A stretch of 63,118 nucleotides of DNA, counting the filler, from Asterionella formosa (lineage: Eukaryota), in NCBI GenBank assembly GCA_002256025.1. It is 13 parts of 13 records of this genome, joined end to end, with 100 filler letters (N's around TTAATTAATTAA, not from the genome) between each part and the next. Parts side by side here need not be neighbours in the genome. Positions count along the whole stretch, not along the records: positions 20,696 to 37,781 come from NKIB01004564.1; 12 more parts are not named here. One strand, written 5' to 3'. Each line of letters opens with the position of its first letter. The stretch's first letter is position 1. Positions 23,739-34,165 of the stretch are shown here, piece after piece. The notes under the pieces are model-generated. The model did not search any database, was not told the origin of the DNA, and was given only the letters and a program-made list of their open reading frames with translations. Made by a program: the position numbers and the translations under genes.

Positions 23739-26700
23739 CTACATTGCCCTGGATTTGCGAACTAGCTTTCTAAGTTCACTTGCAGGAACCAAATAGCATC
23801 GATGCCCTTCCCCTTTATCAGCTCTGCTAAGAATTCCAATAACCTTACCTTCTCCATCGATACACGGTCCACCACTTTGTCCACTCAAGGTTTTGCAATC
23901 TACAATTATCTCCTTCAGAGGCGAAAAGGTCTTGATTGAAATTGACGAGGCGGAGTCGCTATTCTCATCATCACCTCGTGCAGGGACCTGAAACATTTTG
24001 CAAATATAACCTTTGGCAAAGTCAACCGAGAGATTTACATGTTTGCCTTTCTCCAACAAACCTTGGTTAAACCCCACAATGTGCACCGATTCATCGGACT
24101 CAAACTTTGTTGTCATTCGAAGCTTTTGCAATTCAAGAAGACCTGAGACCGGAAGCTCGGACTGAGATGCGAACCCTTCACCATCACCAATCATATCCTG
24201 CTCCATGCGAGCTGTGATACGTAATACACATGCATCGACATTCTGAACATTTTCACTCACAATTTCGGCAAAGTATCGAAACACAGCAGTTTCACTTCCA
24301 TCTGGAATGACACCAATAATTGCTTTACAATGCTTTAATCCAAAGTAAGGAATCCCACTATTGGAATAATCCAAATTAAAAAAAACATGCCTAGCAGTAA
24401 CGATAAGACCAAGCGATTGGTCAGCGACAAATCCGGAGCCAATGCTCGTGATAATCTTTTCTTGGGAGTCCCAGAGACCGACAAGAACAACACAGCACTT
24501 GACTTTCTTGCGAACATCAGGTGAGAGGAATGGTGGGGAAGGTTTGACCATCAAAGGGCATATTTCATGACCACATAATAAGTTGGTATCCACGGAATGC
24601 CCCTTGGCACATCGTATAGCTGAATCACCCCAATTAGCAGATGATTTGACATCCTTCCAGCTCCAAGACGAGGCGCAGCTGGGATGCAAGTGGGCGAGAC
24701 ATTCGGGACAGACTACATGCCGATCAAAACCATTGGAGTCTGCCAATGATGCCTTGATAGAATCCAACACCAGCTCGTATCCACCTTTCCAGAGCTTTTG
24801 CCCATGACGGCCAACTTGTCCCTTGCCACAGACAATGAGTCGCTTCATGCCGTTTCTCATACTCTTGATGTCAACACAATGGTTTGAATGTTCATCCACC
24901 ATAGCCACATAAATTTCAGCAGACGATTGTTCACAATTTTCACTGTTAGCAAAGGCCATCCTACATTTTACGAGTACAGCGGACGCCCAACAATTGACTT
25001 GAACAACCTTGATGTGACCAATCGCATGATCGGATCCAACGTGAACCGTTTGATACAGATCTTTGAGTAGCTTTATAGTTGCATGCTCCATAATGGCTGT
25101 CGCAATTCCATCTTGGAACAACCATGAATGGCACAGAGTCGTCATCCAAGCATTCCTTGTCTTGAAACACCATAAATCACTGAGTTCTTTCTGTTCCAAT
25201 AAGGAAGGAACAAAGTATGTGGGTTCAGCTGCCACCTTCAACGGCAAAAGGATACCAAAATGCAATAGCAGCCGTTCCAAAAATTCATACAATGTATTTG
25301 ATGCATTTTGATCCGCAACTTTTCTCATGAATTCCCAGGATTGCCACAACATTGCGGGACCCCCGGCAGACAAGATTGGGCAATTCGAGTTGGTTTGATT
25401 TAGGAGCGTCTGAACACTATCAGATTCGACGCAAAATTCACAGTGTAGGTTCATGAGACGTCTAGTTTTTACCAGTTCTCGTTGCAAGTCAGGGCGCAAG
25501 ATGCAAGAGAGCGCCGAAACTAGCCATTTCGGAGACAAAATAATATACTGAGATAAAATGTCATCGATGGAATTGCCGAAGTATAGAATCTCCCCTGTAC
25601 TGGAAAGAAATCGAAGGGCATCGATAACTGCTTCCTCATTCATCGTACGTTCGTTCATTTCTGAAATCAAATGAACTAACAGAATAACCTTATGACCTTG
25701 TTTTAGCCGTCGAATTGTCTCAAGGGTTTGCCTAGAAACTTCAGGCCAAACATGCGAATTTACTCTCTTTCGCCCAATGTCCAGGATTTTTTCTTGTAAC
25801 TTCGGGAATCTCTTTCCGGATACTGAATAAATCTTAAGGATGGGAAAATGAATTGGCGCCTGGTCCCCAATAAACACTGGGTGCTTCTTCAACAGGTTTT
25901 GCAACATTTCACACCGTCGGTCTACTTCCAATTTATCCATACCTGAATTCACATAAGCGACCGGCAAGATGGCGCTTCCAGAGGGAATGATGTGGTCCAA
26001 CCATGAGAGCACGCGATCTTGAATGTCATGGTGCAATGCTCGATCCGCTTGTCGCTGGTATTCTTCGCTGAGAAACTCGTTGTCATTCTCCTCGTCGTCA
26101 TCGTCTTCCATGTCCTCTCGTTTTGAGACCCCTAGATCCCAAACAAGAATGTAAAGCGAGTTAGCACTGAAAAAGAGGCCCTGAGTTGATGGATGGGCAC
26201 CAGCATACAAACTTCTGACATCCCAAATAGTAAAGGTAAAATTCTCGTCCACCTTTTCGTGTTGCTTCTCATGTTGTTTCATGTGTTGATTCTCGTGCTG
26301 ATTATCTTCCGCCTCCTTGCCTGGCTTCCATGTGTATATTTTGACAACCAATGAGCCCTTTGGTCGCCATGTTTCAAGCTTCGAGCCCATTGGTCGCAAT
26401 GTTTTACGCTTCGGTTCCATGCCTACTATTGCGCGGGCCAATTGCGACTTTTCCTTTCCGGTCCCTACCATGATAACCTTGAATTGAAACCCCTCCTCTT
26501 CAATCGGAATGGCATCGACTACAGGTACGTTTTGATTTTGCGATGGTACAGGATAAGTTTGCTGCAGCTGTTGTTCGCCCCATATGCGTTCACCGAGCGC
26601 TATGGGGAGGTTAGATGCATGATTGTCATCGTCGTTGTCAGCGTAGACAATTTCTGCAGCTGTGACAGGAGACGGCAGATACAATGGTTGTTGTGGATCT

Positions 26701-26912
26701 CCGCTATCAAGGCCTTCGTTTAAATCTATTTCGGTTCCAATTGACGATAAGGAAGTGTCAATAGTGATGGTTGAATTGATGCCATTGTCGTGTTCAGCAT
26801 TGAGAGGACCTTCCAGGGCGTCATGAAGGGGTGGAAGCAATTGCTGTGGTGGTTCGTTCCATCCCCTCTCGGTAGAGGGCACTGTTATGGAAGGAGGGCA
26901 AGAAGATACCAT
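23739..26912 (-). CDS. Roco-like protein: degenerate Roc GTPase + COR domain + C-terminal trypsin-like serine protease, intronless (~1057 aa)
   Basis: Roc-like KVIMVG..., FTIWDV, HPSTQGLFFSANSLYILVWDL; COR-like ALRFLSSTGEILYF, IILSPKWLVSALSCIL, YFVPSLL; CPECL..C..GH; protease GSGFV, VTARHV, VDACVLRI, GQSGGP. First ATG at 26912 (track starts at a non-ATG codon, 27044). Confidence 0.85.
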   Translation of the reverse strand: MVSSCPPSITVPSTERGWNEPPQQLLPPLHDALEGPLNAEHDNGINSTITIDTSLSSIGTEIDLNEGLDSGDPQQPLYLPSPVTAAEIVYADNDDDNHASNLPIALGERIWGEQQLQQTYPVPSQNQNVPVVDAIPIEEEGFQFKVIMVGTGKEKSQLARAIVGMEPKRKTLRPMGSKLETWRPKGSLVVKIYTWKPGKEAEDNQHENQHMKQHEKQHEKVDENFTFTIWDVRSLYAGAHPSTQGLFFSANSLYILVWDLGVSKREDMEDDDDEENDNEFLSEEYQRQADRALHHDIQDRVLSWLDHIIPSGSAILPVAYVNSGMDKLEVDRRCEMLQNLLKKHPVFIGDQAPIHFPILKIYSVSGKRFPKLQEKILDIGRKRVNSHVWPEVSRQTLETIRRLKQGHKVILLVHLISEMNERTMNEEAVIDALRFLSSTGEILYFGNSIDDILSQYIILSPKWLVSALSCILRPDLQRELVKTRRLMNLHCEFCVESDSVQTLLNQTNSNCPILSAGGPAMLWQSWEFMRKVADQNASNTLYEFLERLLLHFGILLPLKVAAEPTYFVPSLLEQKELSDLWCFKTRNAWMTTLCHSWLFQDGIATAIMEHATIKLLKDLYQTVHVGSDHAIGHIKVVQVNCWASAVLVKCRMAFANSENCEQSSAEIYVAMVDEHSNHCVDIKSMRNGMKRLIVCGKGQVGRHGQKLWKGGYELVLDSIKASLADSNGFDRHVVCPECLAHLHPSCASSWSWKDVKSSANWGDSAIRCAKGHSVDTNLLCGHEICPLMVKPSPPFLSPDVRKKVKCCVVLVGLWDSQEKIITSIGSGFVADQSLGLIVTARHVFFNLDYSNSGIPYFGLKHCKAIIGVIPDGSETAVFRYFAEIVSENVQNVDACVLRITARMEQDMIGDGEGFASQSELPVSGLLELQKLRMTTKFESDESVHIVGFNQGLLEKGKHVNLSVDFAKGYICKMFQVPARGDDENSDSASSISIKTFSPLKEIIVDCKTLSGQSGGPCIDGEGKVIGILSRADKGEGHRCYLVPASELRKLVRKSRAM

Positions 26913-27121
26913 GGAAGCTTTACAGTGCTCTTTTGAAAAGAATACGCCAGGGATGGAGGACAGATAGTGGTGTGTATTGTTGTTTTGGTTCTTGAAAAAA
27001 CATGAAAAGAGGTCTTTGCTTCTGACCGATATGCCTCTTTTCACATCTCCTATAATAATGAAGGAATAAATATATACCGGTATACAGTAGTCTAAGTAGT
27101 AAGTATTACCGTAAACCTCTT

Positions 27122-27244
27122 AATATCTCCACGTACTTTTCGGGTTTTGTGGAGCACGCTTTATTTAGTCATGTAATAAAACCGGTCGTGGAGATATTGT
27201 GAAACCCTAACCCTAATCCGCCCAAATTTGGGGATAGGGTTTCA
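27122..27244. repeat. Two adjacent inverted repeats upstream of the Roco-like gene
   Basis: AATATCTCCACG (27122-27133) pairs perfectly with CGTGGAGATATT (27187-27198); TGAAACCCTA (27200-27209) pairs with TAGGGTTTCA (27235-27244). Confidence 0.7.
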
Positions 27245-28479
27245 TGACGTCATCGGACACCAAAATAAATAGCAAAAGACTCCATCCATATAAAAAATTT
27301 AGTATAGATACTGGTCCACATGTTATACATACATGAAACCATGTAAAATATTTGACAGTGGTGACAACTAAGAGTAATGCAATGTAGTTAATGAGTGAGC
27401 CAGACATGTTAATGAGTGAGAGCATCCCGGCTATAGTGAGCTAAAATTGAGTTGCATTTCAGTCTTACCGGATACTTCGACATTTACGTAGGTCAGATAT
27501 GAACAGGCTACATCCAATATATTCCACACACGAGTGTACCACAGGACGGAATCCAGAATCCGTTCGTATGCCATATTTCATGTCGAAATCAACAGAACGA
27601 CATCACAAATAAAATTTATTATTTATTGTTTCTATCATATAAATCATATATATAGTATGTTCAAGGAGCATGGTGATATCGTACATTACCTGTAACCTGG
27701 TAACCAGGTACCAGGTGTATGTATACCAGGGGCAACTCAGCACGAAGTACTAGGCGATAGAATACGAAAATTATCACGTGACTATGACACAAAGCTGAGC
27801 AAATGATGCTTTAGTTGAAACACATAGAGATTCCTGATTCCTGATCAGGTTATGAGAGTGTCAATATATTTTCGTCTCTAGTGATCTGATTAGGAACATG
27901 TACCACAATCCACTAGATGATTGATTCAAGATCACATGGTTAAATATCGCGTGTAAAATGCCACAGTTGAGAGAGGAACTTTCAGGAGAAGTTCTCTCTA
28001 ACCTGTTAATTGGACTCTAGAAGACAATCAGACCTAGAGGCCAAATCAATAAATGATTGACTAGACAATTACAGATATGTCTGCAACATCAAGGAACATT
28101 AAAGAAGCAAACTAGATATGATCTAGTTATGATTAACAGGATCATTCTGTAAGCAGTCTTCGATCAAACAGTATCTGGCCTAAGTTGAGACAGGCCAAGA
28201 TTAAGACAAATGTGTATTTAGGAAGAGGATGTTGTTTATTCTCAGTTCAAGTTGGGAACACAAATGAACCTCGCCTCCGAAGATCACCTCTATTTTGAAA
28301 CATGCATGAGCTTGGAAGTTTCAAAATTATACATTCAAATTTACATTTACATTAAGCTCACTCTTTTATAAAAACAATTATTAACAACAACAGATACGTA
28401 GCATCTTCCAACTTACTCTGTAGAGTACCGGTAGTACCAGATGACTACATACTGATTTTTGTGCATAGAATCCTTGTTG

Positions 28480-31400
28480 CCATTCCGACTTGATCACTTG
28501 CATTGATGCATTTAATGTACAGGTACTCCTCTCTCCTCTTTCCATTCTCATATCGGAAATCGAAAATTTTACCTTTTGACTAAGTCATGTGCGCTCGTCG
28601 AGTCCCTCACGAGCTGCCTTCATTGCTTTCCTTAGCCACAAATCTGGATCGACTTAACAAGCATGGAAGTGCAAATTGTCACGTAATACAGAAGCCAGGT
28701 GTGCCAAAAAGGCGGCACTGGCAGACTTCAGACCAAAAAGAGCATGGACAATCTTTAGCACACAACCTTGCTTTCAGCGGGCCAAATTCGTCTCCTGCCA
28801 CAACATAAGAGCTCCCTGTCACAGACTCCGTCAAATAAGCATTCCCAATGTCTGTTAGCCATAGGTTCAAGCCATTTAAACCGGCAACGAACAGGGCAAT
28901 CCAAATTGTCTCCCTTGAAACAACACTTGCATACATAATTGCCTTTGGGGGGTCAGTCGTATGACCCCCTGCCACATACCTAGTAGCCTTGGGCATGAAG
29001 TCTATCTTGTAATCCCAAACTAAATGTCCTGGAGTCTTTTTGTATCCAGCAACAAGGGTTTTCTTTTCTGACTGAACTTCGAAAGCTATCATCACTGCAG
29101 ACTTGCATCTCCTTGCGGAGTGCATGCATTCAAAATGTATTACCTTTTTCATTGTCCAACCTTGCTGCATCGGGAATGTTACTTGGAATCTGAACCTCAA
29201 ATTTGAAGCCAGCTTGGTGGTTTCTACTCTTTGTTGCCTTGATGATTCGTTTCTTGAGTTTTAAGACCATTGTAACCCACCAATCAAAAGCAGGCTCGAT
29301 TTTGACTCGGTTTGCTTTGGCATAGTCTATTCAGCAACTTCAATTGCATTTGGTTCCTTCATAGTCTTTAATGGGAGCCAGGATGTAGACCTGTCCCTCC
29401 ATTGGACTTCTAGATCTCAACCAGTTGTTGTCTTCTTCTTATAATGTTTATCATTCCTCTTGAACTATTGATCACTCTTTTCCACAGCCTGGTTCACGAT
29501 TTCAGTGAAGAGTTGGTACTGATTACCCTCCTTGTCTACCTGACTGAGAAGATGCTCTGCCAAGATATTGTATGCGATTTGCTGTCTTTCACCATCTAAG
29601 AATTCGACCTGCCTCATAAACCCTGAAATCTAACCTCGGAAACCTGTGCTTTCGCCAAACCAGGTTCCTGTTCGCATCCCGCTTTCGTTTCATGACCACC
29701 GCAATCATTTCTCCTTTATCCTAATCTCAAATTCCTTCATTTCATCTCAGCATTGAATATTTCACATAATCAGCATCAACAATTGGCCTCACATTTGATC
29801 GAGCAATGTTCCGTCCATTTGCCTTAAGTATGCAATAACATAAAGCTTGCCCAACACTTGTGGAGGGGCCAACAAGCCATCTCCCAAGTTTCCGCTGGGC
29901 CAGGCCACTCTTTTCCATATCATCTGGATCATAATAAAATACAAACTGATAGAAATCTAAATCCGTTTACTCCAAAATGTCAGAAGTCTCGTCTGTCATC
30001 ACTTTTTATGGAGATCGGCCATCAAGTGCAGATCTAAACATGATTTTACAGATGTCGGAGGTATCTTCTGCTCCAAAGCACCATAGCATCATGTCTAGAC
30101 AAATTCAGTATATATTCATGATATGACGCCAATGAGTCTTGAATTGTCCAACTTCACTCTCAGCTCTGATCATCCAGAGACTGTGGGGCTCTGTTGTAGT
30201 GCAAGGAATTGAGTAGGTCTTCCAGACTCTCTCAAAATCTGTGAAGTCCCCCGTTTCTGCAGCTGCGTTGTCTAAGTGGTACCTAGTTCCGGAATACGAC
30301 CATATTGCAGGATGATGGCATCATTAAATCTTTTCATCATTGAATCTATTCTTAAAATCTGCCTTGGAGCGCGTTGGATACACCTTGGCCCAACACTGAT
30401 CATTGCAGAAAGTTCTGCACATATGTGTCCCTTCACCAACTTCACCTTGTCCTTGGGAAACATGGTATCAGTATACCACTTAAGCCCAAAGGTGCGAAGC
30501 CGGCGGGAAAACTCTTCCATTTGTGAGCAAAATCTTACTGCTGTTGTTGTAGATGCCTGTAGGGTACTCGCTGCAGTTGCCAAACTTTTCCCCCATCGTT
30601 GGGCCAGTGTGGCTGCATCCACAGTTGAGCGTAGATCTGTGCTGGAAGTGGCTCCAACCCAGTGCACGATGTCCCCATATGTGCTAAGAAAATCCCCAGT
30701 TGTATCTCCACAAACAACATTATCTTAACAAACCCTCTTGAGGTCAGCAAAGGACTGCGAATAGGGGTCCCATGCTGACTCGGAAGTAAATGTGACGTGC
30801 CATCAGTTGATTAGTTCATCGTCGGTAGGGAGGCGAGTAGTGAGATAGGTGATGCATTCATGCATCTTGAACGGGAGGAAAAGAACTTTCTCAGGGACAT
30901 AAATTACATGCATAGACTTTCCTTGGGAATATTGCTTGGGACAGGTGTCGACTACAATACCATATGCTCGACACTGTTAGCTAGGTTTGAGGAGGGAATC
31001 GTCTAAACACTTACCAAAGTAAAGGCCTTTGTTCCAGAAACCAATGATGGTTTCCTGTACCCCTGGTAGATCAATCGCTGTTGCACACATACCAGCCAAT
31101 TGGGACATCCAAGAATTATCCCAGATCCCCAGAGAGGACCAAAACATCCACCACACGATCACTCTGTTTAAGTAGGCGGAATGTCCTTCCGAAGCGAGCA
31201 ATATGTGTCGGCTCTGGAATCCACTTCCAGATGAGCTGTGACTTTATATTCACTAGGATGTTGTATGACTAGTGCCTTTCCAAACTTGTAGCTCACTTTA
31301 CAGTTAGTCACAACTCCGGCAAGCTCCCTATGGGTGCTGCTCATTGAGCTGACTTTTTGCTTTGTGGTTTCTTGGAATGCCTATTCCAAGAGTCACGACC

Positions 31401-31650
31401 AAATGATGCGGAAGCAGCATCACTTGGCATGTGGCTGGGACCTTCTGTCGCATCATCTTCAGAATCGGCTTGCTTGTCATCGTGTCCTTCACTTGATACC
31501 AATTTAACAACACAGTCTTCCTCTTTATTTCCACCTCTACCTAAGTAACTCACATATTTGCTCCCAAGTTTCCCTCCAGCTTTCTTCTCTGCCTCAATTA
31601 CATTATTTGATGTAATTGTTCTCGCCTTGATGTTTCTTATCGCCATTCTC
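28480..31650 (-). mobile_element. Pseudogenised Ty1/copia (diatom CoDi-type) LTR retrotransposon polyprotein
   Basis: RT: GHLVWDYKIDF..K..YVAGGHTTDPP..YASVVSRETI..A.LNGL...TDIGNAYL; integrase: KWYTDTMF, TTEPHS.W..RAESEV, LGRWL.GP..VGQALCY; linker EVQWRD.STSWLPLK. Numerous stops and frameshifts; LTRs not identified. Confidence 0.88.
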
Positions 31651-32399
31651 CTACCCTATGTCTGAATCTTTCCTCTTTAATGCCTTGTACTTGATTTTAG
31701 TTTCTTGATTTGCCGACTTGTATAGTGCTACCGGTCCCCTACAATTTTTGCACAAAAGTCTCGGGAAACGCACAATGAGTTAGTCCTCGGAATTCGGGAC
31801 TACCCTTTTTGACTAAATATGTAGCAAATCAATATTCATTTTTATCAATGATAGATTATTTTCGTAACTAAGTTTTAAATGACTCTTTTCGATTATGAAA
31901 TGGAGATCGAAAAATATAAACATTTTTCGTACTACAGTCTATCATTTCAAGAATTCGGATGCATAATGATGTACTGACGTTTTCGACATGGAACAAGTCA
32001 TGCAGCAGGCATTAAGACGTCGTGATACAATACCGATAGTCTTCATACAACAAGCATTAAGACGTCGCAACAGCCACAATAGTATACAACTTATACTATT
32101 ACTGGTGTACAGTGTACATCAGAGTACCCTCTACCTTATTCAATCATGAGTGCCTCCCGAACCCCCAACACGTTGTCTGCTCGGAATGAAGATGAAGACC
32201 TTTCTCTGGAGACGAGTGATCTTGTTTCCGTATTGAAGGGTAGTTATTCTGACGAAGTTGGCAAAGGCCAAAGCGTTGGTCAGTGTGTATTACAGGGTCT
32301 CCAATAAATCTGTTCTTGACCATGCCCAGAAGCCTTCTAAAATCAAGAAAATCGTCCCATGGGACAATTCATGTCTGCTACCTGATTTTTTGAGTCGAT

Positions 32400-32590
32400 T
32401 TTGGTCCCGAAAATATTTCAGTGGCCAGCTGATGTAAAACAGCATTAGGCGATATCCACATGTTCAGAATTAATAGATGAATGTTAAATTGGTTTCGAAT
32501 AGTTTAATTAGATGCTAATAAATCAATTACAGAATCAGAGTATCTGTTCACGACTGTAACTAATAACAAATGCATTTTTTCGCGTAAGCC
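32400..32590 (-). repeat. Dispersed AT-rich repeat, copy B (homologous to 1168-1360)
   Basis: Colinear similarity by eye with the start of contig 2. Confidence 0.7.
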
Positions 32591-32969
32591 GACCCTCACG
32601 TAGAGAGTTGGTATGTTTGCTACGTAATTCTTTTTATGCGAACAGCAAAGACACTAGTGGTTCTGGCGATTTGACGCAATCGTTTTCGCCCAGAGGGAGT
32701 ACAATATAATTTATTGAAATGCAAGCAATCTTTGTCTCATGGTTGCTTCCAAAACAAATGCTACAGCAATGAGGATCAGATAATTTATTGAAATTCAAGT
32801 TATCTCTTGTCTTGTAGTTGATTTCGAAAAAAATCAAACAGCGAAAAGGAGAAATCATGGAATCTTCAGCAGTAGTATCAGTATTTTGCACAACTGGAAT
32901 TGATTGCTGTTGAGAAGCACAAGACCCAGAAAGGGCAATGGAGTTACATGAATGGGGACTTGTTGATTG

Positions 32970-33640
32970 AGTCATGAAGCATTCCTGAAGGGATTGTTGA
33001 CATTTATTATGGCTATGACATGGCACAGAAGAATGTGCATGGTCAAAATGAGAATGAGTAGGTTGTGTAGAGCCAGCGTCCACAGGTATGTGGCGAGCCG
33101 TAGAGACTCAACTGTGGGGGGCAGCATTGAATCGCTCGTCAAGAGACATATGGTGGTATGAATTACAGCATTGGCGACCACATGTCGTGATATGTTCATA
33201 ACGAGGGTCAGATTGTATGCTGATTGTTGTAGGCTATGGTAGGAATTGACGTGTAGTAGGATTAGTAGGAGCCACTGAGGGGACATTAGCTGCTACAATA
33301 GGTTCCTGAATGGTTTGTCAACGGATATGATGTTGATGTCTAGGATGACCAATAGAAGGAGACATGAAGCAAATGTTTCTGAAGGGAGTGTTGTTGATGA
33401 TGGCTATGCTATTCAGAAAGTGCAGAAACATAACCAATAGGAGAATGGGTAGGTTGTGAAGGAGACATGAAAAATTCCTGAATGGTTTGTCGATGCTGGG
33501 GATGATGTTGATGTCTAACATGACAATGGAGACATGAAATTTTTCTGAAGGGAGTGTTGTTGATGGCTATGATATTTCACAATAGAATGTGCATGGTCAA
33601 GACGAGAATGAGTAGGCTTTGATGTTCCTGAATAGTTTTT
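32970..33640. repeat. Degenerate tandem repeat array
   Basis: Recurrent CATGAA..TTYCTGAAGGGA.TGTTG..ATGGCTATG..GAATGTGCATGGTCAA..GAGAATGAGTAGG blocks near 32972, 33362 and 33531, alternating with TTCCTGAATGGTTTGTC..GATGTTGATGTCTA blocks near 33303 and 33475. Confidence 0.7.
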
Positions 33641-33824
33641 CGATGGGGGGGGGGGAGATGAAATGTGCGTTATAGGGGAACGTGCGTGGTCAAAATGAGC
33701 TGGATCTGGAGAGATGTTTAAGGAAGTACTTTTCCAATTTTTAGAACTTGCTTGATTGACATTGTAGTTGAAGTAGGTAGATCAACTACTAGTACGGTGA
33801 TGGGAGATCACACTGGGTTTTGAC

Positions 33825-34165
33825 GGTAGTTGTTGGTTGAGCACGTTGCCTTTGATCTGAGGTTGTGAGGTTCGATTCCCGCAATTTTTTTGAGAAGCAA
33901 TTGTTGGGTTCGACTTCCACACTCCTTACCGTCCCGCATGGTCTTGCCTGTTGTGCAAGAAATAGTGGGTTGTCCCCCTACAATCAGCTTGTGCCGCGTC
34001 GGATTTTCCCCTAACGCTGCGGCTAAGACAATCATCTTTCGTGAAGGCTGGTTGGGGACTCACCTACGCTAACAAACTAGGGAAGCACAGGTCTTGTTGG
34101 CAGGCAGCACAATGAATACTTGCCTTGAAAAAGGAGAATAGGAATGGGATATAAAACAGATTATC
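33825..34165 (+). mobile_element. tRNA-headed SINE-like element, copy 1
   Basis: B box GGTTCGATTCC at 33869-33879, second B-like box at 33907-33918; ~340 bp colinear with the reverse complement of 50275-50638. Confidence 0.75.

Noticed and set aside
27203..27216. Telomere (CCCTAA)n
   Set aside because: Only two units, internal to a scaffold and part of a hairpin.
31848..31942. Mini-MITE bounded by TGATAGA/TCTATCA
   Set aside because: The inverted match is too short to separate from chance; left end noted only as similar to the LINE terminus.
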